Of a DNA stretch of 64,000 bases, positions 28,191 through 37,264 are shown in pieces; position 1 is the first letter of the stretch; every line of letters starts with the position of its first letter. This DNA comes from Terrimicrobiaceae bacterium. GTDB taxonomy: Bacteria > Verrucomicrobiota > Verrucomicrobiia > Chthoniobacterales > Terrimicrobiaceae. The notes beneath the pieces were generated by a model. That model did no database searches. It was not told the DNA's origin and was given only the letters and a program-made list of their open reading frames with translations. The DNA lies in NCBI GenBank assembly GCA_044342325.1, contig JBIIPZ010000015.1, positions 1 through 64,000 on the forward strand, read 5' to 3'. A program made the position numbers and the translations under genes.

Positions 28191-29915
28191 ATGCAGAGTT
28201 TGATTCATCATACGGGCGGGTTTCTGCCATTGGCCTCGGCGGGTATGCCGCCGATGTTTTCGCTACTGGCTTTCATGTTGGTGGGCGTGGTCCTCGCGTC
28301 CTTGGTGCTACTGAAGCTGCGTCAGTCTCTGCTCGTCGCCTATTTCCTGTGCGGACTCGCTATCGCAAATACCGGCCTTCTCGAGGCGGTGGCAGGTGAT
28401 CAGGCAAGAGAAGCCGTGGCTTCGATGTCGGAGATCGGAGTCATGCTCCTCCTCTTTGTGCTGGGAATGGAATTCTCGCTCGGCGAGTTGCGACATCTTC
28501 GCCGCTATGCGTTCCTCGGCGGTTCGATTCAAGTGGGGGTCACGATGCTGGGAGCAGGACTCGCGGCGAGAATGATTTTCGGCTTGGAGTGGCCGATTGT
28601 TGCCGTAATCGCCGTGGCCTGCGCTCTGAGCTCTACCGCCATCAGCGTGAAACTCTACCACGACATGGGCGTCTCAGCGAGCTCCGGTGCCCGCTTCGCC
28701 CTCGGCGTGGCAATTTTTCAGGACATTTTTATTATCCTTTTTCTTGTGCTCATGCCCGCCCTTTTCGTGGCCGGAGGCGAAGGAAAAACTATGGGGCCGA
28801 TGCTGGCACTGACACTCGGCAAGGGCGCCGCATTTATTGCAGTAGCCATCATCCTTGCGCGCTATGTCATTCCCAGGCTGCTCCGCGCCGTGGCAGATAC
28901 GCGGAGTCGCGAGCTTTTCACCCTCACCGTGGCAGGACTCTGCATTGGCGTGGCATTCCTCGCCGCGTTGATGGATCTGAGTCTCGTTCTCGGAGCCTTT
29001 GTTGCCGGTCTTGCTGTGAGCGAGTGCATCTACAAGCACCGCATCCTTTCGGATATCGCGCCGATCAAGGATTTGTTCCTCACGATTTTCTTTGTCTCGG
29101 TCGGCCTCGGAATCGATCTCCGCGAGGCCATTTCTTCTTGGCAACTGATTTTGGCACTGACCGCCGGGATCATCCTCGGCAAGGCTCTCTTGATCGGACT
29201 CATCGCCCGCGTAATCGGGCTGAGTTGGCGGGCGGCGGTTTTCGCGGGCATTGGACTCGGCAGCGCGGGAGAATTCTCCCTCGTGCTTCTTACAAAAACC
29301 TCCGATTTCACGGCATGGCCCAGCGCTGTGAGCGATCCACTCACGGCAGCCATGGCCCTCTCGATGGCAATGGTTCCCGTGCTCATGCGCTTCGCCCAGC
29401 CGCTTGGAAACTGGCTCGATAAACACTCCTCTCTCCTCCCAGGCCGACCGACCTCTTCCCTACCTCCCGCCGAGCGCGTGCGCGGACTGACCAACCACGC
29501 GATCATCTGCGGATATGGCCCCGTGGGACGCCAACTCTCCTCCTCCCTCGCTGATGAAGGCATTCCTTCACTCGTCATCGATCTCAACGCCGAGGCCATC
29601 CGCGAGTTGCACAGCGATGGAAAAGCCGCCTTGTTCGCCGATGCCCGCCAACCCGAAGTCTGGGACCTCTGTTGCGTCGATCAAGCGCGCCTCGTCGCCT
29701 TCACCTTTCCCGCCACGCCGGAAATCGCAGCCGCCATACAATTCGCAAGAGAGCGCAACCCCTCTATCACGATCCTCGCCCGCACGAAATTCAGCAACGA
29801 AGCCGATAAACTCCGCAATGTTGGAACCGACATCGTCATCCTCGACGAAGCCGAAAGCGGGCACGCCGTAACCCGCGAAGGGCTCAGCGTATTCAATCTC
29901 GCAAAAACCGATTGA
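28191..29915 (+). CDS. CPA2 cation:proton antiporter with C-terminal TrkA-N/KTN domain (start uncertain)
   Basis: Many TM segments, EIGVMLLLFVLGMEFS, LSSTA, FQD, GEFSLVL, IICGYGPVG. Confidence 0.92.
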   Translation: MQSLIHHTGGFLPLASAGMPPMFSLLAFMLVGVVLASLVLLKLRQSLLVAYFLCGLAIANTGLLEAVAGDQAREAVASMSEIGVMLLLFVLGMEFSLGELRHLRRYAFLGGSIQVGVTMLGAGLAARMIFGLEWPIVAVIAVACALSSTAISVKLYHDMGVSASSGARFALGVAIFQDIFIILFLVLMPALFVAGGEGKTMGPMLALTLGKGAAFIAVAIILARYVIPRLLRAVADTRSRELFTLTVAGLCIGVAFLAALMDLSLVLGAFVAGLAVSECIYKHRILSDIAPIKDLFLTIFFVSVGLGIDLREAISSWQLILALTAGIILGKALLIGLIARVIGLSWRAAVFAGIGLGSAGEFSLVLLTKTSDFTAWPSAVSDPLTAAMALSMAMVPVLMRFAQPLGNWLDKHSSLLPGRPTSSLPPAERVRGLTNHAIICGYGPVGRQLSSSLADEGIPSLVIDLNAEAIRELHSDGKAALFADARQPEVWDLCCVDQARLVAFTFPATPEIAAAIQFARERNPSITILARTKFSNEADKLRNVGTDIVILDEAESGHAVTREGLSVFNLAKTD

Positions 29916-29926
29916 ATCAAAGCCGA

Positions 29927-29958
29927 CCAAAAATTTGGACGATCGTCCAAATTTTTGG
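29927..29958. repeat. Perfect 32-bp palindrome between convergent genes (possible bidirectional terminator)
   Basis: CCAAAAATTTGGACGATCGTCCAAATTTTTGG equals its own reverse complement. Confidence 0.85.
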
Positions 29959-29968
29959 CTCGAGCGGA

Positions 29969-30307
29969 TTAGCCTGGCGGCCAGTTGAGGTGGCGTCCAC
30001 CGAGGAGGTGGATGTGGAGATGGGGGACAGTTTCGCCGCCGTGGGGACCGTTGTTGATGACGAGGCGGTAGCCGGGGGGAGCTATATTTTCGCGGCGGGC
30101 GATGTCAGCGGCGGTGAGCAGGAGGTGGCCGAGGAGGCTTTGATCATCGGCTTGGGCAGCTCCGATGCGGGCGATGGTTTTTTTGGGAATGATGAGGATG
30201 TGAATCGGGGCCTGCGGAGAAATGTCGCGGAAGGCGAGGCATTGGTCGTCTTCGAAGACGATGTCGGCGGGGATTTCGCGGGCGATGATTTTTTCGAAAA
30301 GCGTCAT
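29969..30307 (-). CDS. Histidine triad (HIT/HinT) nucleotide-binding protein
   Basis: [22 protein letters not shown] triad, WPPG end. Confidence 0.96.
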   Translation of the reverse strand: MTLFEKIIAREIPADIVFEDDQCLAFRDISPQAPIHILIIPKKTIARIGAAQADDQSLLGHLLLTAADIARRENIAPPGYRLVINNGPHGGETVPHLHIHLLGGRHLNWPPG

Positions 30308-30864
30308 GCGAGTTGGAGGTTAAGTTCGTGGGCTCGGTGGCTGGATGCGGCTTCGGTGCGGATGAAAGAGACGATCTCGCTCATGAGGCCGGAGCAGTCG
30401 GTGCTCCAGTGCTTGGCACAGCGGAGGAGCTTCACGCAGTCATGGAGACCGTGGATTTCCACCTGCCTAGCGGGAGATTCGAGGATTTCGCGCAGGCGCT
30501 CGTGGAGGAGGTTGAAGAAGACGAGCTCGTAGCCTGTTCCGGCGCGGCGGGCGAGGTCGGGAAGGGACAGCGTGACCGGCGGGGGAAGGGTTTCGAAGCA
30601 GCGGGCGACATCCGAGTAGCCGATGACTTGGAGCACGGACTGAACGGCTTTTTCCAAGCGGGAGATGGTGACGATGTTCTCGTCGAATTCCTGCTGGAGG
30701 TAGCTGGAGATGCTTTCGGTGACATGGGTGGTGAGCCACCATTTTTTGTAGCCGGCGACCTCGGCGGCGCGGACGACGGCGGAGGCCAGCCATGCGCGGT
30801 CGTAGTTCATCACGCTGCCATCCTGGAAGCGCACGAGCGGGTAGTTGTCACGGAGAGCTATCAC
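30304..30864 (-). CDS. Hypothetical protein with degenerate ATP-cone-like N-terminus
   Basis: Overlaps nrdR and the HIT gene by 4 nt each; [24 protein letters not shown] resembles an ATP-cone start. Confidence 0.75.
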   Translation of the reverse strand: MIALRDNYPLVRFQDGSVMNYDRAWLASAVVRAAEVAGYKKWWLTTHVTESISSYLQQEFDENIVTISRLEKAVQSVLQVIGYSDVARCFETLPPPVTLSLPDLARRAGTGYELVFFNLLHERLREILESPARQVEIHGLHDCVKLLRCAKHWSTDCSGLMSEIVSFIRTEAASSHRAHELNLQLA

Positions 30865-31352
30865 TTTTTAAAAAGCTCGGCTTGGTCGGGGGTCAGAGCG
30901 ACGCGGCGTCCGAGGGATTCGATCTCCTCGATGAAGTCGCCGACTTCCTGAAACTGGCGGTAGACCGAGGCGTATCGCACATACGCTACGGGGTCGAGCG
31001 CGTGGAGTCGAGCCATCACAAGGGCGCCGAGGTGCTTTGAGGAAATCTCCCGCTCTTGGCTGTTTTCAATCTCCTGCAAGATGTCTTCGACGACATGCTC
31101 CATGGATTCCAAGGTGACGGATCGCTTTTCACAGGCTTTTGCTATGCTGCCAAGGAGTTTGCTGCGCTCGAAAATCTCGTGGCGACCGTCCCGCTTGATA
31201 ACACGCAATTCATTGCGCTCCAATACCTCATATGTCGTAAAACGCGACTGGCAATCGAGGCATTCCCGGCGACGGCGGATGGTGGCTCCGTCTTTGGAGA
31301 GACGGGAGTCAATGACCTTATCATCGAGGGTTCCACATTTCGGGCAGCGCAT
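30861..31352 (-). CDS. nrdR: Transcriptional repressor NrdR
   Basis: MRCPKC, KVIDSR, IRRRRECLDC, RFTTYE, ATP cone VIKRDG, VAYVRYASVYR. Confidence 0.98.
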   Translation of the reverse strand: MRCPKCGTLDDKVIDSRLSKDGATIRRRRECLDCQSRFTTYEVLERNELRVIKRDGRHEIFERSKLLGSIAKACEKRSVTLESMEHVVEDILQEIENSQEREISSKHLGALVMARLHALDPVAYVRYASVYRQFQEVGDFIEEIESLGRRVALTPDQAELFKK

Positions 31353-31404
31353 ATATGTTGTATTGATGCGAGAATCGCTGGGAAAATCACCACAAGATAT
31401 AGTG
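31349..31404. promoter_or_regulatory. Tandem putative NrdR boxes
   Basis: GCATATATGTTGTA (31349-31362, overlapping the nrdR ATG) and CACAAGATATAGTG (31391-31404), 42 bp apart; both resemble CACWATATWGTG-type NrdR operators. Confidence 0.6.
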
Positions 31405-31505
31405 AGGTCAATTTTATTTTCTCAAGGAGAGTAGATTTTTTTGGGGTTCGAAGTTTTTGGAAAGTTTTCCTTGTCCGGGCGAGCGGTATTTCACAGGTTT
31501 GCACC

Positions 31506-32021
31506 ATGCGCTTTTTGAAAACCCCACCCTTCTTCCGCTCCACAGGCAACTCGACTGCCCAGCACGGCTTTACCCTGATTGAGTTGCTGGTTGTGATCAC
31601 TGTCATCGCCATCCTAGCCGGTCTAGTGCTGCAGACAGCTGGATACGTGCAAAAAAAGGCCGCCCGCAGCCGCGCAGAGGCGGAAATCGCTGCGCTGGCT
31701 GCTGCGTTGGAGAGCTACAAGGCGGATATGGGGGATTATCCGGCGGGGACGAATACTACCACACCATTCACTAACAACGCCTTTTTGAGGGCCGCACTAG
31801 CCCCCTCGAGTGGAAAAGTTTATTTTGAATTTTCCAAGGGCATGGGAACGAACGCCAATATATCGGAGCCCAACCAATCCATCTTGGACCCCTTCGGCAC
31901 GGGCTACTGTTACCAGTATCCAGGGAATACAAACCGATCTGGCTCTAATTTCTTCGACCTTTGGTCAAGATCTGGAACGACTGCTGACAGCCAATCCAAC
32001 CAGTGGATTAAAAACTGGTGA
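31506..32021 (+). CDS. GspG-like pseudopilin/pilin
   Basis: HGF-TLIELLVVITVIAILAGL, ALESYKADMGDYP, DPFGTGYCYQYPG, FDLWS; ATG at 31506. Confidence 0.9.
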   Translation: MRFLKTPPFFRSTGNSTAQHGFTLIELLVVITVIAILAGLVLQTAGYVQKKAARSRAEAEIAALAAALESYKADMGDYPAGTNTTTPFTNNAFLRAALAPSSGKVYFEFSKGMGTNANISEPNQSILDPFGTGYCYQYPGNTNRSGSNFFDLWSRSGTTADSQSNQWIKNW

Positions 32022-32026
32022 ATAAT

Positions 32027-32563
32027 TTACTCCCAAGACCTAACAAGAAGTTTGGTGCTGGTGTTGGTGTTCCAAACAGCCACTTTCTTCATCAAAGTTA
32101 AGCTCTCAGTTCCAGAACCTGATAGCTTTGGGAAACTATTGGTCATCCTATTATCATAATTATCATCCAATAGAATCTGGTAGGTTCCACCCCAAGGGTC
32201 TTGGTAATCTCCATTTGCGTTTGTTCCTCCCTTGCCTTTTTTCCAAGCTTGAGCTTCCAAAAATACAATGGCTCTGGAGTTGTTATTTGTCGTAGCAGCC
32301 GTGAGAGCATTCATGAGAGTGGATCCGACCGTTGTTCCTGAATTGGTAGGCAACCGACCATACTCCGTCTCATAAGCCACTACGGCGTTGGCGATCTGAA
32401 CAGCTGCATTTTTCGCGGTGGTTTTCTTTGCGGAGTCCATGGCACCGCCGATGGCCGGGAAGGCGAGGGAGGCGAGGATGGCTATGATCGAGATGACGAC
32501 GAGCAACTCGATGAGGGTGAAGGCTTGGGGGCGGGTGGTTTTTTTTGTGGTGGAGGTGCTCAT
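32027..32563 (-). CDS. Prepilin-type / pseudopilin protein
   Basis: QAF-TLIELLVVISIIAILASL, AYETEYGRLP, DPWGGTY. Confidence 0.9.
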   Translation of the reverse strand: MSTSTTKKTTRPQAFTLIELLVVISIIAILASLAFPAIGGAMDSAKKTTAKNAAVQIANAVVAYETEYGRLPTNSGTTVGSTLMNALTAATTNNNSRAIVFLEAQAWKKGKGGTNANGDYQDPWGGTYQILLDDNYDNRMTNSFPKLSGSGTESLTLMKKVAVWNTNTSTKLLVRSWE

Positions 32564-32606
32564 GTGGGAAAGTTGATCTAAAGGATGGATGGCGGCAAGT
32601 TTGGAA

Positions 32607-33989
32607 TCAGATTGGTTCGCCGACGAGGTCGTAGGTTTGGGCTCCGAGGATTTTGGCGTTGATGAAGGTGCCGACTTCAGCGGGTTGCGTGAGGATGACG
32701 CGGCAATCGACTTCGGGGGCGTCGTGTTCGGTGCGGCCGGAGTTGGGGGTTTCGACGAGGACGCGGAGTGTTTGGCCGGTGCGGGATTCGGCCATTTCGC
32801 GGGCGATGCGCTGCTGGAGTTTCATGGCTTCGCGGTAGCGTCGGTTTTTGGTGCGCGTGGGGACTTGGTTGTCCATTTTGGCCGCACGGGAGCCATCCTC
32901 CTGCGAGTAATTGAAGACGCCGAGACGCTCGAAGCGGGTTTCCTCGATAAAGGCGAGGAGGCTCTCGAAGTGCTCCTCGGTTTCGCCGGGAAAGCCGACG
33001 ATGAATGTGGTGCGGAGGCCGATGCCTGGGATACCTGCTCGGATGCGGGTGATAAGATTTTCGATGTGCTCGCGCGAGGTCTCGCGGCGCATGAGCTTGA
33101 GCATTTCGGCATGAATATGCTGGAGGGGCATGTCCACATAGCGGGCCACATGAGGGTTGCGGGCGATGGCGGCGATGAGGTCGTCGCTCCAGTGCGCGGG
33201 GTGAGTGTAGAGGAGGCGAACCCAAAACTCGCCGCCGATTTCACCGATCTCATCTAAGAGGTGGATGAGCGAGGTCCCGCGCGAGGCGTCCACAGGCTGG
33301 CGCGGGCCTGCTTTTTCATCCCAGAGGTCCATGCCGTAGTAGGTGGTGTCTTGGCTGATGAGATTGATCTCCTTCACACCTTCGGCAACGAGGCTGCGAA
33401 TCTCGCGCACGACGGAATCGATGGCGCGGCTGCGGTGGCGTCCGCGCATTTGGGGAATCACGCAAAAGCTACAGGGATGATTGCAACCCTCGGCGATTTT
33501 CACATAGGCGGAGTGATTTGGCGTGAGACGGAAGCGCGGGGTGGCGAAGTCGGGGATGTAGCGGGACTTTGGGGTGACGAGGTTGAGGACGCTGGATTTG
33601 TCCTCTTCGAGCACGCGGCGGAAGATAGCGCCGGCTTCTGCCACCTGATCGAGACCGATGAAGGCGTCCACTTCGGGAAGTTCGCCGACGAGGTCGGTGG
33701 AAAAGCGCTGGGAAAGGCAGCCGCTGACGACGATTTTGGCATCCGGGCGCTTGCCCTCGTTGCGCTGGCGGGAGGCTTCGAGAATGGCGTCGATGGACTC
33801 CTGTTTTGCGGAATCGATAAATCCGCAGGTGTTCACGATGAGGACATCCGCTTCGGCGGGGTCGGCGGTGATTTCAAATCCCTCGGATTTTGCGGAGCCG
33901 AGCATGATTTCGGCATCGACGAGATTTTTGGCGCAGCCGAGGCTAATCATGCCAACCCGGCGCGGGGCGACTTCAGTAGAGGAATTCAT
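32607..33989 (-). CDS. rimO: Ribosomal protein S12 methylthiotransferase
   Basis: SLGCAKNLVDAE, NTCGFI, radical SAM CNHPCSFC, YVKIAEG, DAPEVD in the TRAM end. Confidence 0.96.
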   Translation of the reverse strand: MNSSTEVAPRRVGMISLGCAKNLVDAEIMLGSAKSEGFEITADPAEADVLIVNTCGFIDSAKQESIDAILEASRQRNEGKRPDAKIVVSGCLSQRFSTDLVGELPEVDAFIGLDQVAEAGAIFRRVLEEDKSSVLNLVTPKSRYIPDFATPRFRLTPNHSAYVKIAEGCNHPCSFCVIPQMRGRHRSRAIDSVVREIRSLVAEGVKEINLISQDTTYYGMDLWDEKAGPRQPVDASRGTSLIHLLDEIGEIGGEFWVRLLYTHPAHWSDDLIAAIARNPHVARYVDMPLQHIHAEMLKLMRRETSREHIENLITRIRAGIPGIGLRTTFIVGFPGETEEHFESLLAFIEETRFERLGVFNYSQEDGSRAAKMDNQVPTRTKNRRYREAMKLQQRIAREMAESRTGQTLRVLVETPNSGRTEHDAPEVDCRVILTQPAEVGTFINAKILGAQTYDLVGEPI

Positions 33990-34645
33990 TGCGGGCGTTT
34001 CGGCCGGGGAGAGGGTTCGAATGGCGGGAGGGTGAAGGGCGTTGGCGAAGCTTTGGTAGCCGGTATGGGCGTGGCTTCGGGGAGCACGCGCACAACCTCG
34101 GGAGTGGATGCGGGGGTCGCGGACGGGCGAGGTTTGGCGGTGGGTGAGACAACGGGTCTCGGCGTGGCAGCCGGCAAGGTGGCTGAAGCATTGGCAACCG
34201 GCTGGACGCGCTCCAATTTTTTCCAGGTTTTCCAGAAATAGATTCCGAGACCGATAAGGATAAGAACCAAGAGACCGGCACCGACACCAAAGAGAAGGCG
34301 GCGAAGGGATTTGAACTGATCGCCGTGAAGGAAGGTTTGGCGTGCCAGCAGAACTTCGAGGTAGCGATTTTCAGTAGTGCCGAGTTTTTTACTGCCTGGC
34401 AGGTAATCGCGAATTTCGTCGAGCGGGACGTGCAGATAATTCGCGTAGTCGACCAGGAACAGCCGCGCGTAGGTAGGATGAGCAAAGCTGGAGAAATCGT
34501 CGGATTCGATCTGGCTCAAGCGGGACACCGAGACCCGGATATCCTTGGCGGCCTTCTCAAGCTGGATGCCGAGTTTTTGTCGGCGCGCGGAGAGGCGGGC
34601 ACCGATGAAGAAATCGCTTTCGGGCTGATGGTCGTGGTGTTTCAA
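33986..34645 (-). CDS. RodZ-like HTH membrane protein
   Basis: IGARLSARR, IESDDF, YARLFLVDYANYL, one TM helix, Pro/Thr-rich tail; located between ftsK and rimO. Confidence 0.85.
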   Translation of the reverse strand: MKHHDHQPESDFFIGARLSARRQKLGIQLEKAAKDIRVSVSRLSQIESDDFSSFAHPTYARLFLVDYANYLHVPLDEIRDYLPGSKKLGTTENRYLEVLLARQTFLHGDQFKSLRRLLFGVGAGLLVLILIGLGIYFWKTWKKLERVQPVANASATLPAATPRPVVSPTAKPRPSATPASTPEVVRVLPEATPIPATKASPTPFTLPPFEPSPRPKRPQ

Positions 34646-37155
34646 AATTGGCCCTCCTCGTTGAGATCGACAAGAATTTCGCGGTCCTTCGCGCCGTCTT
34701 TGGGCCCAACGATGCCGCGTTGCTCGAGAATATCCATCACACGAGCGGCGCGTGTATAGCCTAATTTCAAACGCCGTTGGAGCATGGATGTGGAGGCGCG
34801 GTTCTCCTGCCGGATGACTTCAAGGCATTTAGTGCAGAGTGCCTCGTCCTCATCACTCACATCCTCCTCGGGAATAGAGGTGCTGGTGAGTTTATCGTGA
34901 ATGGTCTTATCGAAATTCGGCTCGGCTTGTTTTGAGACAAATTCCACAAGGCGGTGGATTTCCTCCTCGGTGACGAGCACACCTTGAGCGCGGGTGTATT
35001 TCGAGGTTCCGGGCGGTAGATAAAGCATGTCGCCTTGGCCGAGGAGTTTTTCGGCTCCATTTTCATCCAGAATAACCCGGCTATCGATTTTCGAGGCGAC
35101 CTGGAATGCAATGCGGCTTGGGATGTTTGCTTTAATAATGCCGGTCACAACATCAGCTCGCGGCGTCTGAGTCGCCACGATCATGTGAATGCCGGCTGCA
35201 CGGGCCATTTGGGTAATACGCGCGATGGCGCTCTCGACATCTGCCGGAGCGGTCTGCATGAGATCCGCCAACTCGTCGATGATCACGACGATGAACGGCA
35301 TGCGGTCTGGAATGATGAGATCGTCCGAGCGCGGCACTCGCACCGGCGGAGCCATCGGCTCCTCATCGGGGGGTTCTTCTTCGCTGGACTCGAGTTCATC
35401 AGGCTCCGCAGAAGGCAACGGGTCATCGAAAGGCGCCGCAGTCTCGCTGAGAGGCTCCTCAAACACCGCTTCAGGCTCGACGGCCGGATTTTCTTTAGCG
35501 GCATTGGCGGCACTCTCGGCATCCAGTTCGGCCTGGGATTTCGGGAGCGGGCGCTCGTTGAAGGCTGAGATGTTCTTGACCTTGCACTTGGCGAAAATCC
35601 TGTAGCGCTGTTCCATTTCATCCACAACCCAGCGGAGCGCAAGGAGCACCTTTTTGGAATCTGTAACGACAGGAGTGATGAGGTGCGGCAGGGAATTGTA
35701 AATCTGCATCTCGACGACCTTCGGATCGATCATGATGAAGCGCAGTTGCTCCGGCGAGTAGCGGAAGAGAAGGCTGGCAATGATAGAATTGATGCAAACG
35801 CTCTTACCACTGCCGGTGGTTCCCGCAACGAGCAGGTGAGGCATTTTGGCAAGGTCGCCGATGATCGTGTTGCCGTAAACATCCATGCCAAGTGCGAGAG
35901 GGAGCTTTGCGGAGGATTCGCGCCAGACATCCTTTTCGAAGAGTTCACGAAGAGTCACCTTCACCTTTTTCGAGTTGGCGATCTCGATGCCAACCGTGTC
36001 CTTCCCGGGAATCGGAGCCAGGATATTGATCCTCTCGGCGCGGGTTGCCCGGGCGATGTCGCGCTCCAGCGCCACGATTTTGTCAACGCGCACGCCAACA
36101 TCCGGGTAAACCTCGTAGCGTGTGATCGTAGGCCCCTTGGTTATCGTGCCAGGGGTCGCCTTAATGCCGAACTGAGCCAAGGTTTCGATGATGAGATTCT
36201 GATTGTTCTTCAGCTCCTCGCGGTCGAGGGGCTCGCGATCGGTCTCATCCGGAGCATCCAGAAGCTCCGTGCCGGGCATGACATAATTCTCGAAATGCAC
36301 ATCGATGAGACCGGGAGGAAACGAATCCTTCGTGTCGCGGTTGGCGCGGAGTTCCGAGAGCTTCGGCTTTTTGGAGGCGGATGAGGCCGTGGCATCGATG
36401 ATTTCGGGTTCCGGCAAATCAGCTGGGAAGAGCTCCAATTCCGGCTCGGGTATTTCGATCCCTTTTTTGCGGGCTTTTTTCTCCAGCTTGTCGGCCCTTT
36501 TCTCCAGCGCGGCGCGTTCCTCCTCGATGCGTTTATCAGCCGCGAGTGTCTGCAACCGCGCCACACGGCGAGCTTCGCGCCAAGCCAGAAAGGCCTTCCA
36601 GGCGATGCGTCCATCGCGGATGGGATGGGAAGTCAGCGCATAAAGAAGGCTGATGACATAGAGAGCGAAGAGGAGAAAAAATGAAAAGCTCCCGACGAGA
36701 TTGTAGATGGCTTTCCGTCCGAGCCAGAGCCCAAAGAATCCGCCCGGCCCCTCGATGCGGAGGTCAGATTTCCAATCGGTCAAAAAGATAGGCTGGAGTT
36801 GCAGGAGGCAGGCCCCAAGCAAAACCATGAGAATGCCCCACGGAACCTTGTCACGCAGGCGGTAGCCCGGCAGAAACCATTTCGCCAAGCCGTAGCCGAT
36901 GGTCACCATGGCGAGCAAATAGGCAGCGCCTCCGAAGAAAAAAAGCGAATACCCGGCGAGAAGAGCGCCAAGTGGTCCGCCCAGATTCGGACTTGCTCCG
37001 ACAGATCGGGCCACGCTGCTGATGATCGGTGCCCAGCCTGGAACTGAACGGGGATCGTAACTTGCCAGCGACGCGAAGAGGTAAATTCCCGAAAATAGGA
37101 GCACCAGACCGACAACAAATGCCGGAATTTTGACTGCTGTGGAGCGCTTCGCCAT
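34642..37155 (-). CDS. ftsK: DNA translocase FtsK
   Basis: N-terminal TM domain, PHLLVAGTTGSGKS, IIDELADLM, ATQTP, GAEKLLGQGDML, gamma domain LQRRLKLGYTRAAR. Start taken as ATG 37155. Confidence 0.97.
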   Translation of the reverse strand: MAKRSTAVKIPAFVVGLVLLFSGIYLFASLASYDPRSVPGWAPIISSVARSVGASPNLGGPLGALLAGYSLFFFGGAAYLLAMVTIGYGLAKWFLPGYRLRDKVPWGILMVLLGACLLQLQPIFLTDWKSDLRIEGPGGFFGLWLGRKAIYNLVGSFSFFLLFALYVISLLYALTSHPIRDGRIAWKAFLAWREARRVARLQTLAADKRIEEERAALEKRADKLEKKARKKGIEIPEPELELFPADLPEPEIIDATASSASKKPKLSELRANRDTKDSFPPGLIDVHFENYVMPGTELLDAPDETDREPLDREELKNNQNLIIETLAQFGIKATPGTITKGPTITRYEVYPDVGVRVDKIVALERDIARATRAERINILAPIPGKDTVGIEIANSKKVKVTLRELFEKDVWRESSAKLPLALGMDVYGNTIIGDLAKMPHLLVAGTTGSGKSVCINSIIASLLFRYSPEQLRFIMIDPKVVEMQIYNSLPHLITPVVTDSKKVLLALRWVVDEMEQRYRIFAKCKVKNISAFNERPLPKSQAELDAESAANAAKENPAVEPEAVFEEPLSETAAPFDDPLPSAEPDELESSEEEPPDEEPMAPPVRVPRSDDLIIPDRMPFIVVIIDELADLMQTAPADVESAIARITQMARAAGIHMIVATQTPRADVVTGIIKANIPSRIAFQVASKIDSRVILDENGAEKLLGQGDMLYLPPGTSKYTRAQGVLVTEEEIHRLVEFVSKQAEPNFDKTIHDKLTSTSIPEEDVSDEDEALCTKCLEVIRQENRASTSMLQRRLKLGYTRAARVMDILEQRGIVGPKDGAKDREILVDLNEEGQF

Positions 37156-37264
37156 GAAGCGGACGACTATCGCGGACTTCTCCGAGGGTTTCAAGAAATC
37201 TGAGCCAGATGCTGCTGTTCATTTCCATATGGAAAAACGCCATCGAGCGGTTATTATAGCAGCA

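Noticed and set aside
31056..31505. N-terminal extension of the plus-strand pilin ORF
   Set aside because: It runs antisense through nrdR; ATG 31506 gives a normal-length prepilin leader.
32589..34241. Plus-strand ORFs of 222 and 326 aa opposite rimO
   Set aside because: Antisense shadows of a well-supported gene.
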